A stretch of DNA of 64,000 bases from positions 376,568 through 440,567 of the forward strand of contig JAAZBM010000014.1 of assembly GCA_012513815.1 (NCBI GenBank), read 5' to 3'. The stretch is from Candidatus Sumerlaeota bacterium. Lineage in GTDB: Bacteria > Sumerlaeota > Sumerlaeia > Sumerlaeales > Sumerlaeaceae. This document shows positions 1 through 9,867 of the stretch, in pieces (the stretch's first letter is position 1; each line of letters starts with the position of its first letter). Below the pieces are notes generated by a model. It was not told where the DNA came from and did not search any database. It saw only the letters and a list, made by a program, of their open reading frames with translations. The position numbers and the translations under genes are program-made.

Positions 1-49
1 CAGCGGTCGAAGAAATCGAGCGCGAACAAAAGAAAGGAGTCCTCAAATT

Positions 50-391
50 ATGCCCGCCGCTGTCGTCACGCTAACACTTGAAGAAGCTCGCCAACTACTG
101 CGTGCCGAGGGAAAATGCGAATCGACGCTATCGATGCCGGACGTCGCTGCCCGCTGCGGAGTTTGCATTCGCACCGTGCAGAAATGGATACGGTCGGGCG
201 AGCTGAAAGCGGTTAAACCCAACGGAGGAAGAATCTACATATTGTTGGATGACCTGCACGACTTTGACCGCAGACATTACGTCACTGCTACAGACGAAAA
301 AGGAAGTTCGACAGGGAGCAGCCTGCCGAGCGATGAAGTATATCAAAAATCACTATCGACACACACTAAACGAAAGTACATTGATAAATGA
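50..391 (+). CDS. Excisionase-like (HTH_17/MerR-type) DNA-binding protein
   Basis: LSMPDVAARCGVCIRTVQKWIRSGELKAVK..GGRIYI matches the excisionase-family HTH pattern; AAAGGAG RBS upstream. Confidence 0.75.
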   Translation: MPAAVVTLTLEEARQLLRAEGKCESTLSMPDVAARCGVCIRTVQKWIRSGELKAVKPNGGRIYILLDDLHDFDRRHYVTATDEKGSSTGSSLPSDEVYQKSLSTHTKRKYIDK

Positions 392-651
392 TTTATAGAA
401 ATAGTACATCGAAGTCAGATGATGATTCCCGTGATGACGCCGAGACATCATTCCGTGCGGTTTGCGAAAGTCGCGGTGTAAATTTGGAGTCGTTTGATGA
501 GTGGACGATGGAGGGTCTTATCGACATCTATCAAAAATGGTTTCCGCTCTTCAGGATGAATGACGAATTGGCCGCGTTTACCGCATTTGATATACGACTG
601 CACCGGATGCGTAGATATCGGCAGGCATACGAATCTTTGAATTTGATATAA
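388..651 (+). CDS. Hypothetical protein (87 aa)
   Basis: ORF overlapping the previous stop codon; no recognisable motif. Confidence 0.5.
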   Translation: MIYRNSTSKSDDDSRDDAETSFRAVCESRGVNLESFDEWTMEGLIDIYQKWFPLFRMNDELAAFTAFDIRLHRMRRYRQAYESLNLI

Positions 652-662
652 AGAATAAAACT

Positions 663-1010
663 TTGAGAAATTTAGATTGCGCAGAGATTTACAAAGAAAA
701 CATCCCCCAATCGACACTTGAGGATGGATCTGTTCACCCCGACACGGCATATGTTTATCAAGAGATGTTTTCCTCGATTTACGCCGGCAATGATTTCGCC
801 TCATGTATGGCAAACATCCGCATGCAAAACGGCAACTATCGTCTGCACAAAGTTTCGCTGATTGTCAAGCGCGACAATGACAATGAAGTTGAGGTTGCTT
901 ATGCGATTTATCAGGACATCTTCAATCAGACGATGTCTTTTGAGGACGAACAAAGTGAACTGCCCAAACTACCCTCTGAAGAACAACAAATGCCTGCCAA
1001 TGACAAATAA
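663..1010 (+). CDS. Hypothetical protein (115 aa)
   Basis: Co-directional ORF filling the gap, overlapping the ABC ATPase start. Confidence 0.45.
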   Translation: MRNLDCAEIYKENIPQSTLEDGSVHPDTAYVYQEMFSSIYAGNDFASCMANIRMQNGNYRLHKVSLIVKRDNDNEVEVAYAIYQDIFNQTMSFEDEQSELPKLPSEEQQMPANDK

Positions 1011-1716
1011 CGACACCTCCATAATTGCCAATCTCTGCAATGTGTCAAAAGCCTATTACGGTAAGACTGCATTGCGCAATATCGACCTGACGCTGACGCA
1101 AGGACAGTCCTATGGATTGCTCGGGCCAAACGGTAGCGGTAAAACAACGCTAATGAAATTGATTGCCGGACTCCACAGACAGACGGCGGGCACCATCACC
1201 GTCATGGGCAAACCAATTACTTGGCGCACCAAAAGCGTCGTCGCCTATATGCCAACGGAAAACTTTATCTATGACGACTTTTCCGTCGAGAGTACCATCC
1301 GCTTTTTCGCGGATATGTACCGAAACTTTGACCGACAAAGAGCAACGGAGATTCTCCTTAAGCACGATATCGCGCTCAAAGTAAAAGTGGGAAAACTGTC
1401 ATCGGGCATGTCGGCAAAGCTCAAGTTCATTGTGACCCTGTGCCGCGACGCAGAGCTTTATATGTTCGACGAACCACTCAACGGTATCGACTTGTTAGCT
1501 CGCGATTTTGTCATCGAAGAACTCCAACAACTCCGAACAAAACAGAAGACGCTTGTCATTTCCAGTCACCTTGTCAACGAGATGGAGCAAGTCATCGACA
1601 CGGCGATTTTTCTCAGAAACGGCGACATTGCGCGACAGGGCAACAAGGACGAACTGGCAATGCAAACAGGCAAAGACATGACCGAACTTTACCGCGAGGT
1701 TTTCAATGCTTCTTAA
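1000..1716 (+). CDS. ABC-2 type transporter ATP-binding protein
   Basis: Walker A GPNGSGKTT, signature LSSGM, Walker B YMFDEP, H-loop ISSH; start moved to in-frame ATG at 1000. Confidence 0.93.
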   Translation: MTNNDTSIIANLCNVSKAYYGKTALRNIDLTLTQGQSYGLLGPNGSGKTTLMKLIAGLHRQTAGTITVMGKPITWRTKSVVAYMPTENFIYDDFSVESTIRFFADMYRNFDRQRATEILLKHDIALKVKVGKLSSGMSAKLKFIVTLCRDAELYMFDEPLNGIDLLARDFVIEELQQLRTKQKTLVISSHLVNEMEQVIDTAIFLRNGDIARQGNKDELAMQTGKDMTELYREVFNAS

Positions 1717-2467
1717 ACTCATCAAACACGACATGATTCGCCGCGCCCCGCTCTATGGTGCCGCCATATTCACCATCATTGTGTTGAACATCATCACCAT
1801 TTCGATTTGGGGTGTCAGTCCAAGCATTGTAGTCGTCTCGGCCCTCCCCATCAGTATCCCCGTGTTTTTTATGTTCGAGGTCTGCACCGCCTACTCGCGC
1901 GAGCTGACATACAAAAACCGCTATATGCTTTTCATGACGCCAAACAGTGGGTACAAGATTATCCTCGCCAAACTTTTGTCGCTCATCATCATCGGTTTTT
2001 TCCTCGTGGGAGTCTACGGGCTGATATTCCTTCCCAACGCCATTTACATATCCAAACAAGTCGGTCCATACGCCAGCATGTTTCCGGATGTCTTCAAGTG
2101 GTTTAAGCAACAGGACCCGATGCAGTTTATTTCTCTTGCCATCCATGCCTTCAGCGGCATCATCGGATTCATCCTGTGCATCTTCACCGCGCAAACGCTG
2201 CAAACAACATTCCTGTCGCGCATACGTTTCAGCAAGCTAATCGCCCTCGGCATCTTCCTGACACTGCTCTACATCGCCGGATACTGCTTCGGTGCAATCA
2301 GCCTCTTTGTACAGGACATCTTGCTCAACTATGAGTTTTATCGGCAGAGTTCATTCATACAACGCGAAGCGCTCTGGGGCATTCCAATGATTATCATCGA
2401 AGCCCTCGGCTCGGCGTGCCTTGTCGGATTCAACGGCTATCTGCTCGAGCACAAAATCAATCTCTAA
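1706..2467 (+). CDS. ABC-2 transporter permease
   Basis: About six hydrophobic segments, P.SGYKIILAKL motif, coupled to the ATPase gene. Confidence 0.8.
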   Translation: MLLKLIKHDMIRRAPLYGAAIFTIIVLNIITISIWGVSPSIVVVSALPISIPVFFMFEVCTAYSRELTYKNRYMLFMTPNSGYKIILAKLLSLIIIGFFLVGVYGLIFLPNAIYISKQVGPYASMFPDVFKWFKQQDPMQFISLAIHAFSGIIGFILCIFTAQTLQTTFLSRIRFSKLIALGIFLTLLYIAGYCFGAISLFVQDILLNYEFYRQSSFIQREALWGIPMIIIEALGSACLVGFNGYLLEHKINL

Positions 2468-3090
2468 GAATCAAAAACGACTGTCCGCTCATGGATAGAC
2501 CAAGCCTGTTCGGTGATTCGTTTCAAACATTCACTATACAGTTCATGTTCTTGTTCCAGAATCCGTTGTGACAAAGTCTCCTCCGTATCCGTATCCAACA
2601 CGGGCACTGTGCGCTGACCAATAATCGGCCCGCTATCCAAACCTGCGTCGACAAAATGCACCGTACACCCACTGACTTTCACGCCGTAACGCAAGGTCTG
2701 CGCATGCGCGTGCAACCCCGGAAACGACGGAAGCAACGAGGGATGAATATTGACAATCGCGCATGGCCACGCATCCAAAAGGGTCTTGCCGACAATGCGC
2801 ATATAACCGGCGAGTATCAGTAAATCGACGCCAAGACGCTTCATCTCGGTCACGATGTATTGCTCGAAATCTGCAAGTGATTCAAAATCCGCCGCACACT
2901 TGTCCAGACAAACAATATCTTTGTCTGCCGCGAATGCTAATCCCGGAGCGCCCGCCTTGTTGGAAGCAACACACACTACTCGCAATTTCCGGAAATATCC
3001 GGCTTGCTCATGCTGCACTATCGCGCGAAAATTCGAGCCTCGACCGGAGAGTAGCACACCGGCGCGTATCTCCGCTTTCTCGTTCAACAT
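2464..3090 (-). CDS. purN: Phosphoribosylglycinamide formyltransferase
   Basis: LLSGRGSN, LAGYMRI, NIHPSLLPSFPG, GCTVHFVDAGLDSGPII motifs. Confidence 0.97.
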   Translation of the reverse strand: MLNEKAEIRAGVLLSGRGSNFRAIVQHEQAGYFRKLRVVCVASNKAGAPGLAFAADKDIVCLDKCAADFESLADFEQYIVTEMKRLGVDLLILAGYMRIVGKTLLDAWPCAIVNIHPSLLPSFPGLHAHAQTLRYGVKVSGCTVHFVDAGLDSGPIIGQRTVPVLDTDTEETLSQRILEQEHELYSECLKRITEQAWSIHERTVVFDS

Positions 3091-3102
3091 AAAATACGAT
3101 TA

Positions 3103-3534
3103 TCAGTGACTGTGGGGAACAGCAATTTTTGTATCATAAGCCCAAAGCAAATCACCATGAACCGAACACTTTGGCCGTTGACCAATGCTACCAATAATGT
3201 AGTTCCCACCGCAAGGGCACTTGGCCGTGAAGACCTGACGAGACTGGGTATCATCATCACACGCAGAACGGCGACCATATTTATACATACGGAAATAGCG
3301 ATGCGCAAGCACTTCGGGCTTGGGACACATCTGACCGGCCTTGGCGCCCGTATCGCGAGCCCACTCTTGTTTCGCGTCAAGCAACATCTCAAGATTATAC
3401 AAGCAAATCATGCGACGACCACGATCATCCATCGGGACATCAATTCTCTGTTTTTTCAGAGGACCACAGCAACCTGACGTAACAGCCAATGTAAAAGCCA
3501 TCAATACCAAGAAACGAAATTTTATGCCGGACAT
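3103..3534 (-). CDS. Putative lipoprotein with pilin-like Cys-rich C-terminal domain
   Basis: Signal peptide ending AVTSGC; C.xNL..L..AKQEWA and CPCGGNY.IG..GQRPKCSVHG pattern. Confidence 0.55.
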   Translation of the reverse strand: MSGIKFRFLVLMAFTLAVTSGCCGPLKKQRIDVPMDDRGRRMICLYNLEMLLDAKQEWARDTGAKAGQMCPKPEVLAHRYFRMYKYGRRSACDDDTQSRQVFTAKCPCGGNYIIGSIGQRPKCSVHGDLLWAYDTKIAVPHSH

Positions 3535-3624
3535 ATTTGTCTGATTCCTTTTACCAATATAACTTATTATACTAAGCAGATAAAAACACTATTCGGTTAA
3601 ACTCAACCCGAGACGAAATTATAT

Positions 3625-4644
3625 TCATTGAGTGACAAGTTTTATGACGGATTCTCGCTCGATAATGGTCGGTTTAAACAACACGGGGCCTTCATTCTTT
3701 TTTTTGCTGTGCCGTCCCGACGATTGCTGCGCCAAAAGCATCTCCGCTGCGCAGCGACCGATTTGTCGCACAGGCCAGACCACGGTTGTCAGCGGCGGCC
3801 CTAGCAAACCGGAGGCCATAATATCATCACAACCAATCACACTCACATCATCCGGGATGCGAAGCTTCAATATTTGCGCGGCCCGATAAACACTAATCGC
3901 CAACAAATCATTGTAGCAAACCACACCTGTAGGGCGCGGCGTCGCCTTGAGCAACTCCAATGCCATCCCCACCTGTTCATCGCTGTCCGTCCCGGGATAC
4001 TTCACGAGAGGCTCGCAACCACCTGTTGCACGCTGATAAACCCGCGCAAAACCTGCAAGCCTACGTGACGAATGTGTCTGCGTACTCGGCCCGGACATAT
4101 AGCCGATATGCCTATGCCCATGCGACAACATATACTTCGCTGACAACGCTCCCGCTAATTCATCGTCAATATTGACACACGCGCTGTTGATGCCCGGAAC
4201 TTCCCCAATGGTCACAAAGCTTGTCTGTTTTGAAACACTCATCAGATGTCTGTGGTCATCCGCAATCTGAATGGGAGCCATGATAATTCCCCGCACACGA
4301 TACGACAACATCGTCGAAACGGCGGATGCCTCTTCTGTGCGGTCATCGTGACTATCAACCAGAAGCAAATGCAGACCCGCCGGCTGAACAACATCGCAAA
4401 TTCCCTGCACCATCTGCATATAAAACGGATTGCATAAATCACGAATGACAACGCCAATCATATTGGTCGTCTGGTTTTGCAGTTGCAACGCAAGACGATT
4501 CGGATGGAAACCCTGTTCTTCAACGACACGCAAAACATTCTCGCGAGTCGCCGCACTCACCCATTTTTTGCCGTTCAGGACGGCGGAAACCGTCTGACGA
4601 CAAACACCGCACAAGTCGGCTATTTCGGTCATATTGAGAGACAT
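3625..4644 (-). CDS. LacI-family transcriptional regulator
   Basis: N-terminal HTH (EIADLCGVCRQTVSAVLNG), IPDDVSVIGCDD, PPLTTV, IIERES. Confidence 0.95.
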   Translation of the reverse strand: MSLNMTEIADLCGVCRQTVSAVLNGKKWVSAATRENVLRVVEEQGFHPNRLALQLQNQTTNMIGVVIRDLCNPFYMQMVQGICDVVQPAGLHLLLVDSHDDRTEEASAVSTMLSYRVRGIIMAPIQIADDHRHLMSVSKQTSFVTIGEVPGINSACVNIDDELAGALSAKYMLSHGHRHIGYMSGPSTQTHSSRRLAGFARVYQRATGGCEPLVKYPGTDSDEQVGMALELLKATPRPTGVVCYNDLLAISVYRAAQILKLRIPDDVSVIGCDDIMASGLLGPPLTTVVWPVRQIGRCAAEMLLAQQSSGRHSKKKNEGPVLFKPTIIERESVIKLVTQ

Positions 4645-4660
4645 CTATACCCGTTCTCGT

Positions 4661-5701
4661 CTAATAAACTTCCGGCTTCGGATCACGTGTCAACAAACTC
4701 AGTGCCGCATCACGCAATGGGTAATTCTCGTAAGAAACTTTATAAATCATCGTCACGATTGGCATCTCGACATTGAGCCGAAGACTCAAGTCATACGCAG
4801 AATGCGCCGTGCGATAGCCCTCGACGACAGCGCCGACTTCCTTCAGAGCATCCGCAGGAGCATAACCCTCCGCAAGCAACTGCCCAAACATTCGGTTACG
4901 TGAATGACGGCTCATCGTTGTCACCACCAAATCGCCAAGACCGGTCAACCCAGACAGCGTTTCACGTGTACCCCCCATCGCAATGACTGCGCGCCCCATT
5001 TCTGTCAAGGCACGCGTAATCAGAGCCGCTTTCGTATTGTCGCCATACCCCAGACCATCACAAACGCCCGCAGCGATGGCGATGACATTCTTGACGGCGG
5101 CGCCCATCTCGACACCCACAACATCATTATGAGTATAGATGCGCAATTCAGGAATCATAAACAGCTTCTGCGTCAACAATGCACTCGACGGATTCTCCGA
5201 CGCGGCAACAATCAAGGTAGGAATCTTCCGTGAGACTTCCTCGGCATGGGTCGGGCCACTGAGAACGACATAGTTTTGCATCGCATCTGCGCCAAAAACT
5301 TCCGCGAATACTTGCGACGGCAACTTCAGTGCACCCTCTTCGATTCCCTTGGAGCAGGACACGAAAAGACGATCGCCCAAGCCACGGCGGGTAGCCGCAA
5401 TCGCGTTGCAAACGCTACGCACCGCAAAAGATGGAACGACGGACACAATGACATCAGCCGAATCACTGGCCTTTTCGAGGTCAGGCTCAAACATCAGCGT
5501 CGGATGCAAATCAAGGTTCAGTGGTGCACCAAAATGATGACTCTCGGTCAAACTCGCAAGCTTCCCCGCGTCAATATCCCAGACAACACAGGAATGTCCT
5601 TTTTCCGAAATCAAATTAGCAAGAGTAATTCCCCAAGCGCCGGCGCCAAGCAAACAAATCTTCAGAGAAGACACATCACCCGTCAACAGTTCCGATTCCA
5701 T
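4661..5701 (-). CDS. gpsA: NAD(P)H-dependent glycerol-3-phosphate dehydrogenase
   Basis: GAGAWG, SKGIE, SGPTHAEEV, KNVIAIAAG, GLGDLVVT, SRNR; start placed at ATG 5701 just past the plsY stop. Confidence 0.96.
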   Translation of the reverse strand: MESELLTGDVSSLKICLLGAGAWGITLANLISEKGHSCVVWDIDAGKLASLTESHHFGAPLNLDLHPTLMFEPDLEKASDSADVIVSVVPSFAVRSVCNAIAATRRGLGDRLFVSCSKGIEEGALKLPSQVFAEVFGADAMQNYVVLSGPTHAEEVSRKIPTLIVAASENPSSALLTQKLFMIPELRIYTHNDVVGVEMGAAVKNVIAIAAGVCDGLGYGDNTKAALITRALTEMGRAVIAMGGTRETLSGLTGLGDLVVTTMSRHSRNRMFGQLLAEGYAPADALKEVGAVVEGYRTAHSAYDLSLRLNVEMPIVTMIYKVSYENYPLRDAALSLLTRDPKPEVY

Positions 5702-5702
5702 A

Positions 5703-6539
5703 TCAGTGGTTTTCCTCACTGTCATCCGCGGGCTTGACATCCTCCGCTTCGACGATATCAGCATCCGCTTTCACAGGTTCAATGTCAACAGCCACAGGCT
5801 CGGCATCAACGGAAACCGGTTCGGCGTCCGCTGTCGCAGGTTCGGCATCGGCAGACTCAGCATTGGCATCGGCAGGAGCGGGTTGATCCTCACCTTCGGC
5901 CGTAGGCTCCGTAGCCTGAGCATCATCCGATGTCTCAGTGCTAGATTTCCAGAAATGCTTCTCCGTCCCCAAAAACAGACGCTCAATGTTTTTCGTATGG
6001 CGCAGAATCAAAATGCAACCTAACACGATTGTCACGTAAAACATGGATGACGGTAGAGTCGAGAAATAAACAAATATCGGAAACAGGAAGGCGCCAACAA
6101 TCGAACCGATGGACACATAACCTGTCGCGGCAATCAGAATAACGCCAATGAGTGCGACGCAAGCAATCTGAACGGGAGCTATCGCCATTAGCGCGCCAAG
6201 AGCCGTAGCGACACCCTTGCCACCACGCCACCCAAGCCAAGGGCAAAAGCAATGACCCGAAACAACGCCGAGCGCAATCAATAACTGTGGATACATCGAC
6301 GGTGAATTGAACGAAAACAGACGCGTAAACAGCCAAACAGCAACAAAGCCTTTGAGGATATCCAGTATCAAACAAACGATCCCCGGAGCTGTGCCAAGAA
6401 GACGCATGACGTTCGTCGCGCCAAGATTACAACTCCCATGTTCACGGACATCAATACCGTAAAAATACTTCCCGATAAGATATCCCGAAGGAAAACTCCC
6501 TAAAAGAAAAGCAAGTATTACTGCCAATACTAATAACAT
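5703..6539 (-). CDS. plsY: Glycerol-3-phosphate acyltransferase PlsY with acidic C-terminal extension
   Basis: GS.NLGATNVMR, DILKG, GGKGVAT, RH..NI.RL..GTE; start at ATG 6539. Confidence 0.95.
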   Translation of the reverse strand: MLLVLAVILAFLLGSFPSGYLIGKYFYGIDVREHGSCNLGATNVMRLLGTAPGIVCLILDILKGFVAVWLFTRLFSFNSPSMYPQLLIALGVVSGHCFCPWLGWRGGKGVATALGALMAIAPVQIACVALIGVILIAATGYVSIGSIVGAFLFPIFVYFSTLPSSMFYVTIVLGCILILRHTKNIERLFLGTEKHFWKSSTETSDDAQATEPTAEGEDQPAPADANAESADAEPATADAEPVSVDAEPVAVDIEPVKADADIVEAEDVKPADDSEENH

Positions 6540-6684
6540 GGTGTTCCGTCTCCTATTATAAAAGATGAACGGCGATGCGGAGGAAGTCAGCAACGCGCTA
6601 CTGTTTACTATAGTAATACCAATAAAAGGAAACTTTTCAAATAATATAATTTGTTAAAGACAACTGAGAAATGACAAACCTATC

Positions 6685-8004
6685 ATGATAAAACTAATTA
6701 AACTGAGCATTTTCCTTTGCGTAATGGGCATCTGTTGTGTACTCGCAGGATGCTCCAAAGCGCAAAAACGGCAAATCGTCGACGAACAGGGCAACAAAAT
6801 CATCAGCTTTTACACAATGCAACTTAAAACGGATTTCTCGGATTTCATTAACGGAATGATTTCTGAATTTGAGCAAAACAATCCAAAGGTCAAAATCAAA
6901 TGGATTGACCAGCCCGCGGATGGATTCGAGACAAAGCTCATGTCGATGTACTCTGTCGGCGAATCGCCGGATGTCATCAACCTGAACACAGGAATGATGC
7001 TCAACCTTCATGACCGCAACCTCTTGCTGAACCTCAACGATTACCTGACCACCAAACAGCGCTCGATGTTTGTCAAGTCAATGATTGACGAAGCTTGCAC
7101 TTTCAACGGTAACACTGCCGGCTTGCCATGGTATATCTCCCCCGCCGTCACCATGATTAACACGGAAGTCTTCAAAAAAGCCGGACTTGATCCAACTCAT
7201 GCACCGATGACTTTGGACGAACTCATGGACTACTGCCGCATTATTCGCGAAAAAACGGGACTGTTCGGCGTCATGCTACCGCTGGCCGAAAATGGTGTCT
7301 TCAGGACAATGATCCTCAATGAGGGAATCCCGCTCACGAACCCTGAGAAAACGCAAGCAATCTTTGCAAATGAGCGTTCTGCCGAAGTCTTGCGCAAGTA
7401 CAAGAACGCCTATGACAAAGAATGGATTCCTCGCGAAAGTGTCACGGGTAAGCACCGCAGAGCAATTGATATGTTCAAGAACGGCAAAGCCGCAATGCTC
7501 GTCAACGGTCCGCAATTCCTCCGCACAATCAAGACAGAGGCGCCCGACATCTATACATCTTGCAGCATTGGTTTCACGGCACCAAGACTGCCAAACTACA
7601 CATACGGCACGGAAACGCAGGCGGTATGCATCTCGGCAAAAACGGCACACCCCAAAGAGGCCTTGGCTTTTGCGCTTTGGCTCTGCGCCCCCAAAAACCA
7701 GCTTCAATTCTCGCATCTTGTGCCCGTTTTCCCCTCAACGACCGAGGCATTGGCCGACCCATATTTCGCTGACAAGGGCACCACACCAGAACAAATGGCG
7801 ATCTACATCGGTGCGCAGGAAGTAGCCAAAGGCGTCCCCAATGTCCCAACGCTGCCACTCGATGGCAAGCTGTGCCGCGCTATTGACGACATGGTACGTC
7901 AGGTGTTCCTCCGAAATGTTCCCCCGGAGAAAGCTCTCGAACAGGCTCAGGAACGATGGAATCGCATTCTTGCTTCTCACAAACAGAAGGAGACCGGAAA
8001 ATGA
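6685..8004 (+). CDS. Carbohydrate ABC transporter substrate-binding lipoprotein
   Basis: Lipobox LAGC, family-1 solute-binding motifs (PDVI, LPWY, FKNGKAAM); followed by two permeases. Confidence 0.92.
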   Translation: MIKLIKLSIFLCVMGICCVLAGCSKAQKRQIVDEQGNKIISFYTMQLKTDFSDFINGMISEFEQNNPKVKIKWIDQPADGFETKLMSMYSVGESPDVINLNTGMMLNLHDRNLLLNLNDYLTTKQRSMFVKSMIDEACTFNGNTAGLPWYISPAVTMINTEVFKKAGLDPTHAPMTLDELMDYCRIIREKTGLFGVMLPLAENGVFRTMILNEGIPLTNPEKTQAIFANERSAEVLRKYKNAYDKEWIPRESVTGKHRRAIDMFKNGKAAMLVNGPQFLRTIKTEAPDIYTSCSIGFTAPRLPNYTYGTETQAVCISAKTAHPKEALAFALWLCAPKNQLQFSHLVPVFPSTTEALADPYFADKGTTPEQMAIYIGAQEVAKGVPNVPTLPLDGKLCRAIDDMVRQVFLRNVPPEKALEQAQERWNRILASHKQKETGK

Positions 8005-8909
8005 AAAACAGTTTACTCAAGAGAAAACTGAAGACAACATCAATTGCCTATTTGTTTTTGGCTCCCGCGATACTCATCATGGCCATCTTCGTCATGTACC
8101 CCGTTTTGCAAGGATTCTGGCTTTCCTTCTACCAATGCGACCCATACTCATCCGAGGCAACTTTCATCGGTTGGGACAACTACAGACAACTGATTGCTGA
8201 CCCGCAATTTCGCATCACGCTGTGCAACTCAATCCTTTACCTCATCGTCGTCCCTATTATTATCATCTTATCACTCGGGATGGCAGTGCTCGTCGAGCCG
8301 CTTCTGCCCGGTGTCAACTTCTTCCGAGCAGCATGGTACATCCCCGTCGTCACCACAATGGTTGTCGTGGGCGTATCGTTCCGCTTCATTTTCAGCGAAG
8401 ACGACGGACTTATCAATGAAGTCCTCAAATACATGGGCATCATACAACAATCAATTCCGTGGATGACGGAAAAATGGTTGGTGTTGATAACAGTCATGGT
8501 TGTCACCATATGGAAAGGATTAGGCTACTACATGGTGGCATTCATTGCGGCACTACGCGCCGTGCCCATCGAACAGATTGAGGCAGCCATTGTCGACGGC
8601 GCAAAGCCGTGGTCAATCTTCCGCAATGTCAAACTGCCAAACCTCTGGCCCACCATCACACTGGTCGCGATTTTGTCCTCCATCGGTGCGCTGCAGGCCT
8701 TTGACGAAATCTACGTCTTAACAAGAGGCGCTGTGCCCGAAGCGACAACATTAGTCTATTACATTTACGAAATGGGATTTGACGCAAGCCAAAGCTCATA
8801 TGAATACGGTTATGCGAGTGCCATGGCAGTCGTACTGTTCTTCATTGTCCTTGCATTCACGGCACTCAACCTTTGGACAATGAGAAAGGGAGGCTGGAGC
8901 AATGACTAA
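8001..8909 (+). CDS. Carbohydrate ABC transporter permease (MalF/UgpA-like)
   Basis: IWKGLGYYMV, EAA loop EAAIVDGA, YGYASAMA. Confidence 0.93.
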   Translation: MKNSLLKRKLKTTSIAYLFLAPAILIMAIFVMYPVLQGFWLSFYQCDPYSSEATFIGWDNYRQLIADPQFRITLCNSILYLIVVPIIIILSLGMAVLVEPLLPGVNFFRAAWYIPVVTTMVVVGVSFRFIFSEDDGLINEVLKYMGIIQQSIPWMTEKWLVLITVMVVTIWKGLGYYMVAFIAALRAVPIEQIEAAIVDGAKPWSIFRNVKLPNLWPTITLVAILSSIGALQAFDEIYVLTRGAVPEATTLVYYIYEMGFDASQSSYEYGYASAMAVVLFFIVLAFTALNLWTMRKGGWSND

Positions 8910-9789
8910 TAAGCAACAAGATCCCAGAATGTATCTCATGCGGATTACCGATTCAAGCTCACCGCAAATGCATAAATTGATGCTTGTGTTACGCTATCTC
9001 CTGATGATATTCGTGACAGCCATCATGGTCGGGCCGTTCCTGTGGTTGGCATACCTGAGTGTTCGCATGACAGGAAACATCTACACGTGGCCGGAAGCAT
9101 GGAGCGATTTCTCCTTGCGGAGTTATCTCTTCGTGTGGAACACCCCCGAAATGAACATCAAACCAGCCTTCATCAACAGTGTTGTCGTCGCGATTGTATC
9201 AGTCGCGACCACCGTACTCGTCGCAAGCTTGGCGGCCTATCCCCTTGCGAGACTCGAATTCTTCGGTAAACGAATCGTCTTCATGTTCATCCTCTGCACC
9301 CTGATGGTGCCATTCCAACTTTATATGATTCCCCTGTTCAGACTGGTAACACAAGACCTCAGACTGGCCAATACATACACGGGCGTCATTCTGCCGTTTG
9401 TCGCAAGTGTCTTCGGAATCTACTTGATTAAGCAATTCTACGAGACGATTCCGGTTGATTTGGACGAAGCGGCACGCGTTGACGGAGCGGGCGAATTCAG
9501 ACTCTGGTGGCAAATCCTGTTACCAATGACGAAACCGGCGATGGGCACACTCGCGATATTCTCATTTGTCGGCAGCTGGAGCAACTTCCTCTGGCCGTTG
9601 CTTGTACTGCAAGCCGACGAGAAAATGACACTGCCGGTACAGATTGTCCAACTCTCAGGAGCCTTTGTCGACAGAATCAGCTATCTGGCGGCGGGTTCGG
9701 TCATCGCCATTGTACCTGTCATTCTCTTCTTCCTCTTCCTGCAAAAATGGTTCCTTGGAGGATTGACGTTGGGCTCTGTCAAAGGATAA
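8902..9789 (+). CDS. Carbohydrate ABC transporter permease (MalG/UgpE-like)
   Basis: AAYPLAR, EAARVDGA, WSNFLWPL, GLTLGSVKG. Confidence 0.93.
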   Translation: MTNKQQDPRMYLMRITDSSSPQMHKLMLVLRYLLMIFVTAIMVGPFLWLAYLSVRMTGNIYTWPEAWSDFSLRSYLFVWNTPEMNIKPAFINSVVVAIVSVATTVLVASLAAYPLARLEFFGKRIVFMFILCTLMVPFQLYMIPLFRLVTQDLRLANTYTGVILPFVASVFGIYLIKQFYETIPVDLDEAARVDGAGEFRLWWQILLPMTKPAMGTLAIFSFVGSWSNFLWPLLVLQADEKMTLPVQIVQLSGAFVDRISYLAAGSVIAIVPVILFFLFLQKWFLGGLTLGSVKG

Positions 9790-9867
9790 CAGCCTCTACA
9801 TAATAAAGAAGAACCCAAATAATCTGTACTTGCCTCAAGTACAACATTTACAGCACGAGGTAGAAAT

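Noticed and set aside
6605..6616. Palindrome TTACTATAGTAA as LacI operator for the sugar ABC operon
   Set aside because: AT-rich 12-mer lacking the central CG typical of LacI-family operators; could be chance
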